Under the pieces are notes generated by a model. The model searched no databases and had not been told where the DNA came from. It saw only the letters and a program-made list of their open reading frames with translations. A stretch of DNA of 45,765 bases, taken from IMG/VR virus record IMGVR_UViG_3300049781_000043, positions 1 through 45,765 of that record, one strand, 5' to 3'. This document shows, one piece after another, positions 1 to 9,395 of the stretch. The DNA comes from a virus. Taxonomy: Duplodnaviria > Caudoviricetes. How positions within the stretch are numbered: position 1 is the first letter of the stretch; every line of letters begins with the position of its first letter. The translations under genes were made by a program, and so were the position numbers.

Positions 1-42
1 CCTCCGCTTCAAGCGGATCGCCTGACCCCAGGAAGGGACCCC

Positions 43-525
43 ATGTCTGGAACCAGCGGAAGCGTCTCGGCGGCAGCCGCGGCCGATGCCGAGTACGAGA
101 TCCTGTGCGACGTCCAGGCCGACGGCAGCAGCACGCCGTTCCTGCGGCACTACACCACCACCGGCACGGGCGCGCCGTCCTTCACGGACACCGCGCTCGA
201 CGGGACGACGCCGTACGCGCCGACAGGCACCGTCGCGCGATGCGGCGTCACCCCCAACCCGCAGATCGACAGCAAGGCGCAGCGGCAGACCGGCGCAGGC
301 GCGGTCACCATCGCGGCCGGCGCCCGGTCCGTGACGCTGCTCGTGTTCTCCGGCTCGCCGACCGCGGCCATCGGCGGGGACCCGGCCGTCGCCTTCCCCG
401 CAGGCAGCACCGGCACGTGGTCGGTCGACCAGGGCGGCAAGAACGGCGAGAAGCTGGCGGACGCCTTCGTGTTCACCGGCGTTGCGGGGTCGGACTTCCT
501 CGTCCTGTCTACGCGCGAGATCTGA
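43..525 (+). CDS. Putative virion structural protein
   Basis: GGAAGG RBS, high GC3, Thr/Gly/Ala-rich, in late module. Confidence 0.7.
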   Translation: MSGTSGSVSAAAAADAEYEILCDVQADGSSTPFLRHYTTTGTGAPSFTDTALDGTTPYAPTGTVARCGVTPNPQIDSKAQRQTGAGAVTIAAGARSVTLLVFSGSPTAAIGGDPAVAFPAGSTGTWSVDQGGKNGEKLADAFVFTGVAGSDFLVLSTREI

Positions 526-830
526 TGGCCACCAGCGGCGACTACACGGCGCCCACGCCCCACGTGGAGCGGGCGACCGCCGTCACGGACTCCAACGGCG
601 TGGCCACCTTCAATTGGCCCGCTGGTGCCTTCCCGGCGCCGCCGGTCGTCACCGTCGCCCTGGAAGCTGGTGCAGGATTCCGATCCTCTCGGATCTCGGC
701 GAACACCGCGGCGCAGACACAGGTCACCGTGCTCGCCTCGGCCGGGGTGACCGTCCTCGGTATCGGCGTGCTCGCGGTCGGCACGCCGGCGGCCGGCGTC
801 ACCGTCCACGCTCACGCCGTGGCGCCCTGA
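525..830 (+). CDS. Putative virion protein (small beta-rich domain)
   Basis: TGATG overlap with upstream stop; MATSGDY...; TDSNGVATFNWPAGAFPAPPVVTV resembles SGEDGRARLDFPALYGRVPAVTAV of 16499-16954. Confidence 0.7.
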   Translation: MATSGDYTAPTPHVERATAVTDSNGVATFNWPAGAFPAPPVVTVALEAGAGFRSSRISANTAAQTQVTVLASAGVTVLGIGVLAVGTPAAGVTVHAHAVAP

Positions 831-836
831 CCTCCC

Positions 837-874
837 TAAACTCGAACACTGACGCCGCTGGTTATGGGCCGGGC
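837..874 (+). promoter_or_regulatory. Late-leader element copy 1 (854-874) with upstream -10-like TAAACT (837-842)
   Basis: GCCGCTGGTTATGGGCCGGGC; one of nine copies. Confidence 0.85.
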
Positions 875-907
875 GACTCCTCCGACCTCATATGAGGAGC
901 CCTGCCC

Positions 908-1915
908 ATGGCGAAGTGCTGCGGCGCCCGCTCCTGCTTCTGCACCGTGACGGCCGGGCCCGGCGTCACGGTCGACGGGAACGGCTCGCCCACCAACCCC
1001 TACGTCGTCAGCTCGGACGCGGCGGCCACGCCCACCCCGCTCGGTGTCACCGACACCCCGACCGTCGACCTCACCCTCACCGGCACGGGCACGGCCGGCG
1101 ACCCCTACGACGTCCACGCGGACGTGATCCTCGACCCGACGCCGCCCGGCGGGGGCTCGAACCTGCTTCAGGCCGGTCCCGAGGGCCTGTTCGTCGAGTG
1201 CGCCGACGTCCGGACCTGCTTCAGCGCAGGCGACGGCGCCGGGTACGACCCGGCCACCGGGGAGATCACGGCGCGCCTGTCGACCGACCCGGGCAACGCC
1301 GCGGTGTTCGGTACGGACGGCGGCCTCTACGCCCCGGTCGGGGGCAGCGCGGCCGTGCAGACCGCGTGCGGCCTCACCGGGGACGGCACGGCCGGGACGC
1401 CCCTCGCCGCCGAGGTGGCCGCCTGGCCGTACCCGTGCGACGTCGACGCGAACGCGGGCCGGGTGTTCTGCGACAACACGGGGCAGTTGCGCTCCGAGCC
1501 CCGCGGCTCCATCACGTTCATGCAGGATCAGCAGACCTTGGACGCCGCCGACCTGGTGGTCCCCACACCCGAGGACACGGAGGTTGCCACCCACGTCCTC
1601 AACGTGCCCAACCCGGATCCGTGCCGCTCGGCGTTCGTGATCATGGAGGCGGAGGTCGACGCGGATTTCAACCTCCCCCCGGGGGCCGGTGCCGCGCTCG
1701 GTATCAGCACGGATGAGATGTCCTACCTGGGCAACTCGGGGGCCACGCCGATCCTCGACACCCACGTCCAGAGCACGAAGGTCGTGAACGGCGGCACGAT
1801 CGCGCCGGGCGGAACGCTCACTTACACCCTCTCCATCCGCATGGGCCGGGGGTCCGCGGGCGCGACCTACAACCGCGTTCAATCCTTCCTCCGTGCCTTC
1901 GTCGTCGTCCTGTAA
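908..1915 (+). CDS. Cys-rich fibre-like virion protein, paralog A
   Basis: GAGGAG RBS; MAKCCGARSCFC N-terminus, GxGTxxxPY repeats; similar along its length to 17943-18779. Confidence 0.75.
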   Translation: MAKCCGARSCFCTVTAGPGVTVDGNGSPTNPYVVSSDAAATPTPLGVTDTPTVDLTLTGTGTAGDPYDVHADVILDPTPPGGGSNLLQAGPEGLFVECADVRTCFSAGDGAGYDPATGEITARLSTDPGNAAVFGTDGGLYAPVGGSAAVQTACGLTGDGTAGTPLAAEVAAWPYPCDVDANAGRVFCDNTGQLRSEPRGSITFMQDQQTLDAADLVVPTPEDTEVATHVLNVPNPDPCRSAFVIMEAEVDADFNLPPGAGAALGISTDEMSYLGNSGATPILDTHVQSTKVVNGGTIAPGGTLTYTLSIRMGRGSAGATYNRVQSFLRAFVVVL

Positions 1916-1926
1916 GGAGCGCCCCC

Positions 1927-2217
1927 ATGACAGATCTGTACTACCGCACCGCTGGCGGGGTCCTGGCGTCCCGGACGGCGACCGGTGACCACCCGGAGAC
2001 CCCGGCGCTCCCCGAGGGAGCTACGGCCCTCACAGAGGGCGAGTACGCCGACGCCCTCGCCGATGTCGAGGCGCAGCGCGCGAGCTACACGCAGCAGCTC
2101 AAGCAGGAGACCGAGACGAACCAGCAGGCCGATTACGAGGCGCTGCGGACGGCCGGCATCCCCGAGGCCAGCGCGCGCCGCCTGTCCGGCTACACCGGCC
2201 CTGGCGACGGCGCCTGA
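1927..2217 (+). CDS. Small partner of fibre A (putative fibre assembly chaperone)
   Basis: AAGGAG RBS; C-terminal YEALRTAGIPEASARRLSGYTGP matches 18791-19156. Confidence 0.7.
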   Translation: MTDLYYRTAGGVLASRTATGDHPETPALPEGATALTEGEYADALADVEAQRASYTQQLKQETETNQQADYEALRTAGIPEASARRLSGYTGPGDGA

Positions 2218-2247
2218 CCGGCCCTCACGAGACGGAGCACTCCCTTC

Positions 2248-3231
2248 ATGGCTAACTGCTGCGGCGCGGCGCGCTGCACCTGCCGCGTCATCGCCGGCCC
2301 CGGCATCACGGTCGACGGCAACGGCGCACCCGGCGCGCCCTACGTCATCAGCGGACAGGCGGCGGCCGGGACCGTCGTGCAGGCCGCCGACACCTCGACC
2401 CTCGACGCCCACGTCACCGGCACAGGGGCCGCAGGAGACCCGTACATCGTCTCTGGGGACGTCATCGTCGCCCCGGAGCCCAACGGCGTCGAGGCGGCCG
2501 CAAACGGCCTCCTCGTCGCTCCCAGCGCCGACGCGGGGAACCGTCTGGCGTTCGGTGGCGACGGGCGCCTCTACGTCCCCCCGGCGCCCCCGCCCGAGGT
2601 CGGGTGTGGCCTCCGGGGCGACGGGACTGCGGCCTCCCCGCTCGCGGCGTACCCGATTGGCGGTTCGGACGCGTGGGCCGATCACTGGAACTGCACCGAC
2701 ACCGCGCACTCGACGCTGAAGTGCGACCCTGCCACTGGGGCCCTGTGGACGCCGCCGGAGCACTACACGGCGGCTGACCACCTGTATCAGGAGCACATGA
2801 GCCCGTCGATCGCGTCCATGGGTCCCACGAGCGGATGGGCGGTCCTCCAGCCGGGCGGCGTCCCGGCGTTCTTCCGCTTCGACGTGCCGGCGAACTTCCT
2901 CGGGAACGACTGCCGCCTGTGGACGTGGGACAGCCAGGTCAACGGCTCGATGGATATCAATTGGTCATCCACGGCCACGTTCGAAGTCGGGTACGTCGTG
3001 CAGAAGGACGGCGGCCCGGCGATGGTGCGCCCGCTGTGGAGCATCCTCACCGCCACCGGGTCGGCCCGCCGGGAGCGGCGTGCCGGTGGCGTCTGCGAAG
3101 CGATGTTCAACCTCCCGGCTGGCAGCGGGAGCACGGTGGTGTACTTCCCGGCTGTCAACGTGCTCACCGGGACGATCGGCATCAACTCGTGGACGTCGGA
3201 CGGCACGATCCACACCACCACTCAGGCGTGA
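2248..3231 (+). CDS. Cys-rich fibre-like virion protein, paralog B
   Basis: MANCCGAARCTC; N-terminal half similar to paralog A, different C-terminal domain. Confidence 0.75.
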   Translation: MANCCGAARCTCRVIAGPGITVDGNGAPGAPYVISGQAAAGTVVQAADTSTLDAHVTGTGAAGDPYIVSGDVIVAPEPNGVEAAANGLLVAPSADAGNRLAFGGDGRLYVPPAPPPEVGCGLRGDGTAASPLAAYPIGGSDAWADHWNCTDTAHSTLKCDPATGALWTPPEHYTAADHLYQEHMSPSIASMGPTSGWAVLQPGGVPAFFRFDVPANFLGNDCRLWTWDSQVNGSMDINWSSTATFEVGYVVQKDGGPAMVRPLWSILTATGSARRERRAGGVCEAMFNLPAGSGSTVVYFPAVNVLTGTIGINSWTSDGTIHTTTQA

Positions 3232-3244
3232 CCGGAGGGCACCT

Positions 3245-3496
3245 ATGCCGCGCTATTTCGCATCCCCCGACGGTTCGGCCGTCGCCATGGCCGAGGACGG
3301 CCCTGTCGCCTCCTCGTCGCTCCCGCCGGACTGGACGGAGATCACCGCCGAGGAGTACGCCACGAAGCAGGAGGAGCACCGCCAGGCGGCCGACGCGCTC
3401 GCCGCGGACTTCATCGCCAGCGACGGGCAGCTCCCCCCGCCGGACGAGGGCACACCGCCGCCCGTCGAGGATCCGCCCCTCGACGGCGGGAAGTAG
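3245..3496 (+). CDS. Small partner of fibre B (putative chaperone)
   Basis: GGAGG RBS before ATG 3245; LPPDWTEITAEEYA resembles LPEGATALTEGEYA and IPEGAKLVTQEEYE. Confidence 0.7.
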   Translation: MPRYFASPDGSAVAMAEDGPVASSSLPPDWTEITAEEYATKQEEHRQAADALAADFIASDGQLPPPDEGTPPPVEDPPLDGGK

Positions 3497-3501
3497 GCGG
3501 C

Positions 3502-5493
3502 GTGCGCGTCCTGTTCCTGCTCCCGTATTACGGGACCGCCACGCCCACGGGGGCGTTCATCACGAGCCGGGAGTACGCCCTCGGCCTGGTGGCGGCCGGG
3601 CACACGGTCGACGTCGTCCTGACGCGCCGTGAGCCCGGCACCGTGCACGTCGAGGACGGTGTACGGGTGTGGCCCGAGCGGGAATGGTGGAGCGCCGTCC
3701 GCACGGTGCGGCCGGAGCTGGTGATCTCCCACCACGGCGACCGCCGGGCCCCTCAGATGGTGCAGCACCTCCGGGCGGTGCCCCACCTGCTGATGGTGCA
3801 CGGCCTGACCGGACGGCCCCGGCTCGGGGCGCCGGCGCTCGCCTGGTTCCCCTCGCACGCCTGCCGCGACCACTACCGCGACTATCGGGGCCGGGCCCTG
3901 GTCCTGCCTCCTCCGGTCGACCCGGGGCTCTACCGCACCCGGCCGGGGACGCTGGTCACGATGAACGGGACCGCGCCGGAGAAAGGCCCTGGCGTCCTTG
4001 CTGAGGTGGCCGCCCGGATGCCCGACGAGCGGTTCCTCCTCGTCGAGTCCTACGGCTACTCGGCCGCCGTCGACCTGCCGAACGTCGAGATCGCCGGACG
4101 GATGGACCCGCGCGCCCTGTACGCCCGCACCCGGCTGCTGCTGATGCCCTCGACGACGGAGTCCTACGGGCGGGTCGGCGTCGAGGCGATGCTGTCGGGG
4201 ATCCCCGTGATCGCCTCCCCGTTGCCTGGTATCCGCGAAGCCCTCGGGGACGCCGCGGTGTACGTGCCCCGCGACCGGGCGGACAGGTGGGTCGAGGAGG
4301 TCCGGCGCCTGTCTGCCCCGGCGGCCTACGCGGCGGCCTCCGGCCGCGCCCTGGCGCACGCCGAGGGCTTGGACCACGCGGCCACCGTCGCCGCGTTCAC
4401 CGCGGCGTGCGAACGCCTCGCCCGGCCCGTGGCCCCGGTGCGGGCGCGCCGCCCGGCCGTCCCGCCGCCCGTCGAGGACGCCGACGTTGTGGCGTGGGTC
4501 CACTTCGGGGTGCCCTACCGGAGGGCCGGGTCGGAGACCATGCTTCACACGATGATGCGCGCCCTCGTCGAGGCCGGGCTGTCGGGGCTGGTGGTCTGCT
4601 CCGACATGCGCGAGGCGCCCGCCGGATGGGACGTCGACGGCGTCCCGTACCGGCACCTCGCCCCGGCCGCGGCCGCCGACCTCGTCCGGGCGCTGCGGCC
4701 GAAGGTCGTCGTCACACACCACGACTTCGCCGAGCAGGCGATCATCCTGTCCCACGAGACCGGCGCCCGCTCGCTGCTGCTGGTACACAACGACTTCGAC
4801 CGCTCCGCGCGCGCCCTCGCGGCCGGCCCCGACCTGGCGGTCTACAACACCCGGTGGGTCCTGGAGTCGCTGACCGGCCGGTACCCGGAGCAGGTCCGCG
4901 CGGCCGGCGCCCTGGTCGTGCACCCCCCAGTTCTCCCCGACGAGCACCGGGCGCCCCGGCCGGGGACACACGTGACGCTCGTGAACCTCAGCAGGCACAA
5001 GGGCGTGGACACCTGGCGGGCGGTCGCCGGGCTGCGCCGCGACCTGCCGTTCCTCGGCGTCATGGGAGCGCACGGCGAGCAGGTCGCCCGGATCACACAG
5101 CCGAACATGCGGATCGCGCGGCCGACGTCGGACATGCGGCGGGACGTGTGGGCGCGTACGCGGGTGCTGATGGTCCCGAGCGTCTACGAGTCGTATGGCA
5201 TGGCTGCCGTCGAGGCCCTGGCGTCGGGGCTCCCCGTCATCGCGCACCCCACCCCGGGCCTGCGTGAAGCCCTCGGCGAGGCCGGGACGTTCGTCGACCG
5301 GGCCGACTGCCGGGCGTGGGCGGCCACTGTCCGGGGCCTGTACCGCAACGGGCCGCGCCGCGAGGAGGCCACCGCCGCGGCGGTCGAGCGCAGCGCGTTC
5401 CTCGCCGACCAGACCCGCCACGAGCTGAAGCTGTGGACGGCCGCGGTCCAGGATCTCGCACACGCAACGGTGCGGAAGCCTGGCCACAGCTAG
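3502..5493 (+). CDS. Tandem (two-domain) GT-B/GT4-family glycosyltransferase
   Basis: Two GT4 motifs: LMPSTTESYGRVGVEAMLSGIPVIAS and MVPSVYESYGMAAVEALASGLPVIAH. Confidence 0.92.
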   Translation: MRVLFLLPYYGTATPTGAFITSREYALGLVAAGHTVDVVLTRREPGTVHVEDGVRVWPEREWWSAVRTVRPELVISHHGDRRAPQMVQHLRAVPHLLMVHGLTGRPRLGAPALAWFPSHACRDHYRDYRGRALVLPPPVDPGLYRTRPGTLVTMNGTAPEKGPGVLAEVAARMPDERFLLVESYGYSAAVDLPNVEIAGRMDPRALYARTRLLLMPSTTESYGRVGVEAMLSGIPVIASPLPGIREALGDAAVYVPRDRADRWVEEVRRLSAPAAYAAASGRALAHAEGLDHAATVAAFTAACERLARPVAPVRARRPAVPPPVEDADVVAWVHFGVPYRRAGSETMLHTMMRALVEAGLSGLVVCSDMREAPAGWDVDGVPYRHLAPAAAADLVRALRPKVVVTHHDFAEQAIILSHETGARSLLLVHNDFDRSARALAAGPDLAVYNTRWVLESLTGRYPEQVRAAGALVVHPPVLPDEHRAPRPGTHVTLVNLSRHKGVDTWRAVAGLRRDLPFLGVMGAHGEQVARITQPNMRIARPTSDMRRDVWARTRVLMVPSVYESYGMAAVEALASGLPVIAHPTPGLREALGEAGTFVDRADCRAWAATVRGLYRNGPRREEATAAAVERSAFLADQTRHELKLWTAAVQDLAHATVRKPGHS

Positions 5494-5571
5494 ACTCCTT
5501 GATCGTAGGTATGCCGCTGGTTCTGGGCCGGGCTCCCCACCACGTATGACGCTGCTGGTTGTGGGCCGAGC
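5491..5571 (+). promoter_or_regulatory. Late-leader element copies 2a (5513-5533) and 2b (5551-5571) with -10-like TAGACT (5491-5496)
   Basis: GCCGCTGGTTCTGGGCCGGGC and GCTGCTGGTTGTGGGCCGAGC. Confidence 0.85.
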
Positions 5572-5602
5572 CACCACACGCCATTCGTGTTGGAGGGCCC
5601 CA

Positions 5603-6307
5603 GTGACTTGCCCCCTGATCGCAAACCTCGACACCGTCCGCGTCACCAGAGTCGACAACTGTGGTCGGCCTGTCTGTGGCGACGACAACGGTTTCGTCTT
5701 CGACTGCCTCGCCAGCGTCGCCATGAACCCGAACACGGACGACGGCGACGATGTGAGCTACAAGGCCGCCAACGGGAAGCAGTGCGGTTTCAAGCGCGGC
5801 TGCCCGACGTTCAACGGCTACGACGTCGAGATCAACTTCTTTAGCGTCAGCCCGGAGTTCCTGGAGATCACCACCGGTAACCCGGTCGTGTTCGACTACG
5901 CGGGCAAGCCCATCGGCTACGACGACTGCTCGCTCCAGTGCAACAGCGGTTTCGCGCTGGAGCTGTGGGCCGAGGTGCTGGGCTCCGACGCCTGCGCCGC
6001 CGACGCCTCGGGCGACGGCGCATGGATCTACTTCTTGCTCCCGTGGGTGACGAACGGAATCCTCGGGGACCTCGAAGTCGGCTCGGAGGCCGTGACGCTC
6101 CAGCTGACCGGCGCGACCCGCTCCGGTGGCGGCTGGGGTGTCGGACCGTACGACGTCATCGCGAAGGACGCGGCCGGCACCCCGAGCCCGCTCCTCACCC
6201 CGCTCGGCTCGACCTGCCACCGCAGGACGATGGTCACGACCATCGCGCCCCCAGCGCCGGTCTGCGACTACGTCCCGGTCACCGGCGGCCTGTGCCTGGC
6301 CTCCTGA
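5603..6307 (+). CDS. Major tail (tube) protein
   Basis: GGAGG RBS before GTG 5603; RVTRVDNCGRP, KAANGKQC, FALELW, YFLLPWV and WGVGPYDV motifs of actinophage tail tube proteins. Confidence 0.8.
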   Translation: MTCPLIANLDTVRVTRVDNCGRPVCGDDNGFVFDCLASVAMNPNTDDGDDVSYKAANGKQCGFKRGCPTFNGYDVEINFFSVSPEFLEITTGNPVVFDYAGKPIGYDDCSLQCNSGFALELWAEVLGSDACAADASGDGAWIYFLLPWVTNGILGDLEVGSEAVTLQLTGATRSGGGWGVGPYDVIAKDAAGTPSPLLTPLGSTCHRRTMVTTIAPPAPVCDYVPVTGGLCLAS

Positions 6308-6320
6308 CGCCGTGACGGAC

Positions 6321-7019
6321 ATGGACCTCGTCGTGCCGGTGCGGCAAGGCGCGGTGAATCAGCAGCTCAGGTTCGCCCTGCGCAGTTGGGCCGCGCACCT
6401 GCCGCACCGGCGCGTGTGGCTCGTGGGGTACCGGCCGCCCTGGACCGAGGGCGTCCGGTACCTGTCGACCCCTCAGACCGGCACGAAGTACGTCAACACC
6501 ACCCGGGCGGTCGCAGCGGCGTGCCGCAACCAGGGCGTCAGCGACCCGTTCGTCCTCATGAATGACGACTTCTTCACCATGGAGCCGCTGCCCGGCGGGG
6601 TGCCGGTGCTGCATCGCGGCCCGGTCCGCGAGGTCGAGGCGTACTACGCGACCCGCGGGAACGGCTCCTATCTCCAGGGGCTCCGGTCGACGAGGGACCT
6701 CCTCGTCGACCTCGGTCACGAGGACCCGGTGTCCTACGAGCTTCACGTCCCCCTGGTCGTCCACAAAGAGGGGATGTTCCACGCCCTCGACGTCGGTCGG
6801 CACCTGCCTGTGCTGCACAAGCGGACGGCGTACGGGAACCTCGCGAAGATCGGCGGCGAGCAGGTCGAGGACGTCAAAGTCATGTGGCGCGGCCCCCGCT
6901 TCCCGGCCGGGCCGTTCCTGTCGACCATGCCGGACGCGTTCGACAACGGCATGGTCGGCGCACACGTCCGGCGCACCTTCGCCGAGCCGGGCCCGTACGA
7001 GCAGGGAGGCGGCCGGTGA
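6321..7019 (+). CDS. Stealth-family-like (hexose-phosphotransferase/glycosyltransferase-like) protein
   Basis: QLRFALRSW...VWLVGYRPPW, FVLMNDDFF and YELHVP resemble Stealth conserved regions; alternative start GTG 6312. Confidence 0.7.
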   Translation: MDLVVPVRQGAVNQQLRFALRSWAAHLPHRRVWLVGYRPPWTEGVRYLSTPQTGTKYVNTTRAVAAACRNQGVSDPFVLMNDDFFTMEPLPGGVPVLHRGPVREVEAYYATRGNGSYLQGLRSTRDLLVDLGHEDPVSYELHVPLVVHKEGMFHALDVGRHLPVLHKRTAYGNLAKIGGEQVEDVKVMWRGPRFPAGPFLSTMPDAFDNGMVGAHVRRTFAEPGPYEQGGGR

Positions 7020-7816
7020 CGCCCCAGGTGGCCCCGTGTGACCCGTGGCCGTTCGAGCCGTGCTGTGACATCTCGCAGTACGACGAGGAGACCGTCGCCC
7101 GGTGGGTGAGCGTGGCCTCGTCCATCCTGTGGCGCCTGTCGGGGATGCGGTGGGGGCCGTGTCCGGTGACCGTACGACCGTGCCGCAGGGCGTGCCTGGA
7201 AGGCTCCCCCTTCCTCGTCCGGTGGGGTGCGACGGCCGGACCATGGGTGCCATACCTCGGCGCTGACGGGCAGTGGCGCAACGCGAGCGTCTGCGGCTGC
7301 AAGTCGTCCTGCTCGTGCGGGGAGCTGTGCGAGATCTACCTCCCCGGCCCGGTCTACGACGTGCCGGAGGTGAACCTCGACGGCCAGGTGCTCGCGCCCG
7401 GTCTGGAGTATCGGGTCGACGCCCCCGGGCGCCTGGTCCGTCTCGGCGGCGGCTGCTGGCCCACCTGCCAGGACATGGCGGCCGCACCCGGCCAGCCCAA
7501 CACCCTCACCGTCACGTACCGGTGGGGCCTTCCCCTCGACGAGGCAGCGGTCGCCGCGGTGTCGGAGCTGGCCTGTCACTTCCTGCGCGGCTGCGCGCCG
7601 GGCTCGTGCGGCTGCAAGGCGTCCAGCAACGTCACCCGGTACCAGCGTCAGGGCGTCGAGATCGAGATCGACCCGACGCTCCTCTATGCCGAGGGCCGCA
7701 CGGGTCTGCCCACCACCGACCTGTGGCTGACCGCCGTGAACCCTGGGCGGCTCAGCTCTCCGAGCCGGGTCTACTCGCCGGACTTCAAGCGCCCGAGGGT
7801 GACGCAATGGCCCTGA
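7016..7816 (+). CDS. Head-to-tail adaptor (Cys-rich)
   Basis: GTGA overlap; ASSILWRLSG, TVRPC, RQGVEIE and GRTGLP motifs; position in neck module. Confidence 0.7.
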   Translation: MTPQVAPCDPWPFEPCCDISQYDEETVARWVSVASSILWRLSGMRWGPCPVTVRPCRRACLEGSPFLVRWGATAGPWVPYLGADGQWRNASVCGCKSSCSCGELCEIYLPGPVYDVPEVNLDGQVLAPGLEYRVDAPGRLVRLGGGCWPTCQDMAAAPGQPNTLTVTYRWGLPLDEAAVAAVSELACHFLRGCAPGSCGCKASSNVTRYQRQGVEIEIDPTLLYAEGRTGLPTTDLWLTAVNPGRLSSPSRVYSPDFKRPRVTQWP

Positions 7817-8391
7817 CACCGTTCGCACTTCACGACCTGGCGGAGGACGTCCTCGGCTGCGTGTGCGCCGCCCTCGACGCCGTGGCGGCCGACGAGGAGG
7901 ACGTCCTCGGCTGCCCCGCCCGCGCCTGCGTCGTCCCTGGCGCGCCCGCGTGGGACTCCTGTGACAACCCCTGCGGGGGCGGCACCCCCGGGCAGCTCAC
8001 CGTGAACGTCGCCCGGATCTACCCGTCCACCAGCTTCCCGACCGAGGACCGCGAGGTACGCGGTGTGCGCGGCTGCCCGCCGCCGGCGACGACCGCGGCC
8101 GAGCTGGTCGTCACGCTCCTGCGGTGCGCGCCGACGCCCGACGGGAACAGCTGCCCGCCGTCGTGCGAGGAGCTGGCGGCCTCGGCCCGGCAACTCCACG
8201 TCGACGCCACCACGGTCTACAACGCGCTCTATTGCTGCCTGCCCCAGACCGGCAACGGCCGGCGCGGGCCGCGGTTTCTCCTCGGCGCACAGCGCACCGT
8301 GGGCCCGGAGGGCGGGTGCGTGGGCATCGAGCAGCGGGTCACCGTCGCCCTCCCCGGATGCGGCAGGTGCCCCGGAGAGGCGGTGTCGTGA
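7807..8391 (+). CDS. Putative tail terminator/neck protein (Cys-rich)
   Basis: ATG 7807 overlapping upstream gene; GPEGGCVG motif; gene order. Confidence 0.6.
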   Translation: MALTPFALHDLAEDVLGCVCAALDAVAADEEDVLGCPARACVVPGAPAWDSCDNPCGGGTPGQLTVNVARIYPSTSFPTEDREVRGVRGCPPPATTAAELVVTLLRCAPTPDGNSCPPSCEELAASARQLHVDATTVYNALYCCLPQTGNGRRGPRFLLGAQRTVGPEGGCVGIEQRVTVALPGCGRCPGEAVS

Positions 8392-8765
8392 CCGTAACGA
8401 TCCGAGTCGACCAGGGAGCCATCCGGCGCCTCCTGCGGTCCCGTAGCGGCCCGGCACGGCGCAAGCTGGAGGCGAAGGTCGAGCGGGTCGCCGACATCGC
8501 CCGCGCCGAGGCCCCCGGCCACATGGGCGAGTACATCGACACCCGGATCGAGGAGGGGCCGCGCGGCCTCCAGGGCGTCATCACCTGTGACCATCCGGCC
8601 GTGCGCTACGTCCTCGACGGCACACGGCCGCACATCATCGTGCCCCGCCGGGCGAAGGCGCTGCGGTTCGAGGCGGGCGGGTCCATCGTGTTCGCGAAGC
8701 GGGTCAGGCATCCGGGGACCAGGCCGAACAACTTCCTTGCCCGTGCTCTGCGTCTCGGCCGCTAG
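8388..8765 (+). CDS. HK97 gp10-like neck/tail completion protein
   Basis: GTGA overlap; basic protein with GTRPHII...VRHPGTRPNNFL. Confidence 0.7.
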   Translation: MTVTIRVDQGAIRRLLRSRSGPARRKLEAKVERVADIARAEAPGHMGEYIDTRIEEGPRGLQGVITCDHPAVRYVLDGTRPHIIVPRRAKALRFEAGGSIVFAKRVRHPGTRPNNFLARALRLGR

Positions 8766-8779
8766 CAGCCGGGGGCGGT

Positions 8780-8814
8780 TACCCTACGGTCACGCCGCTG
8801 GTTCTGGGCCGGGC
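8780..8814 (+). promoter_or_regulatory. Late-leader element copy 3 (8794-8814) with -10-like TACCCT (8780-8785)
   Basis: GCCGCTGGTTCTGGGCCGGGC. Confidence 0.85.
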
Positions 8815-8843
8815 GAGGAGCGCGGGAGACAAGGACACGACCC

Positions 8844-9395
8844 GTGGCACGTAAGAAGATCACGCTCAACACGGAGCCCCACGTCGTCGAGATCGGCGAC
8901 ACCGAGCTTCTGTTCCTCCCCGAGGTCATGGGGGACGAGTTCGTCGACGCGTTCGGCGAGCTGAAGGAGGCGCAGAAGGCCGCCAGCGGTATCGACCTCG
9001 ACGACCTCTCGACGCTCGACCAGTCCATGATCCGGGGCGCCGCCCGCGCGATGCGCGCCTTCCTGGCGCGGCTCATGCTGCCTGAGTCGGCCGACCTGTT
9101 CACCCGGATCAACGTCGTCGACACCGCCGGGACGATGCTGGAGTCCTTCCACGACCAGGACGAGGCGAAGGCGTACGCCGAGCAGCACAAGGGCTCGCGG
9201 ACCGTGGACGCCTTCCCGCTGCCGGACCGGGTCCTCGTCGACATCATGGAGTTCGTCGTCCAGCTGTACGGGGCCGGTGCCGACGAGCGCCCTCCTACGT
9301 CGTCCTCCGCCTCGTCGAAGCCATCGCCGAAGGGTGGGAGGCGTGGGATGGGAGTCTCGCCCTCCAGGGCGTCAACCCCCGCGAGTGGCCGCTGA
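8844..9395 (+). CDS. Tail assembly chaperone (gpG-like)
   Basis: Upstream of tape measure; acidic helical protein with low-complexity tail after ERPPT. Confidence 0.8.
   Translation: MARKKITLNTEPHVVEIGDTELLFLPEVMGDEFVDAFGELKEAQKAASGIDLDDLSTLDQSMIRGAARAMRAFLARLMLPESADLFTRINVVDTAGTMLESFHDQDEAKAYAEQHKGSRTVDAFPLPDRVLVDIMEFVVQLYGAGADERPPTSSSASSKPSPKGGRRGMGVSPSRASTPASGR

Noticed and set aside
5546-5602. ATG 5546 as start of the major tail protein
   Set aside because: Runs through leader copy 2b with no RBS; GTG 5603 has GGAGG at correct spacing
3253-5736. Long minus-strand ORFs (also 11175-12851, 28268-30649, 33654-35942, 43872-45656)
   Set aside because: Antisense shadows of well-supported genes, expected at high GC; low-complexity translations with no recognisable motifs
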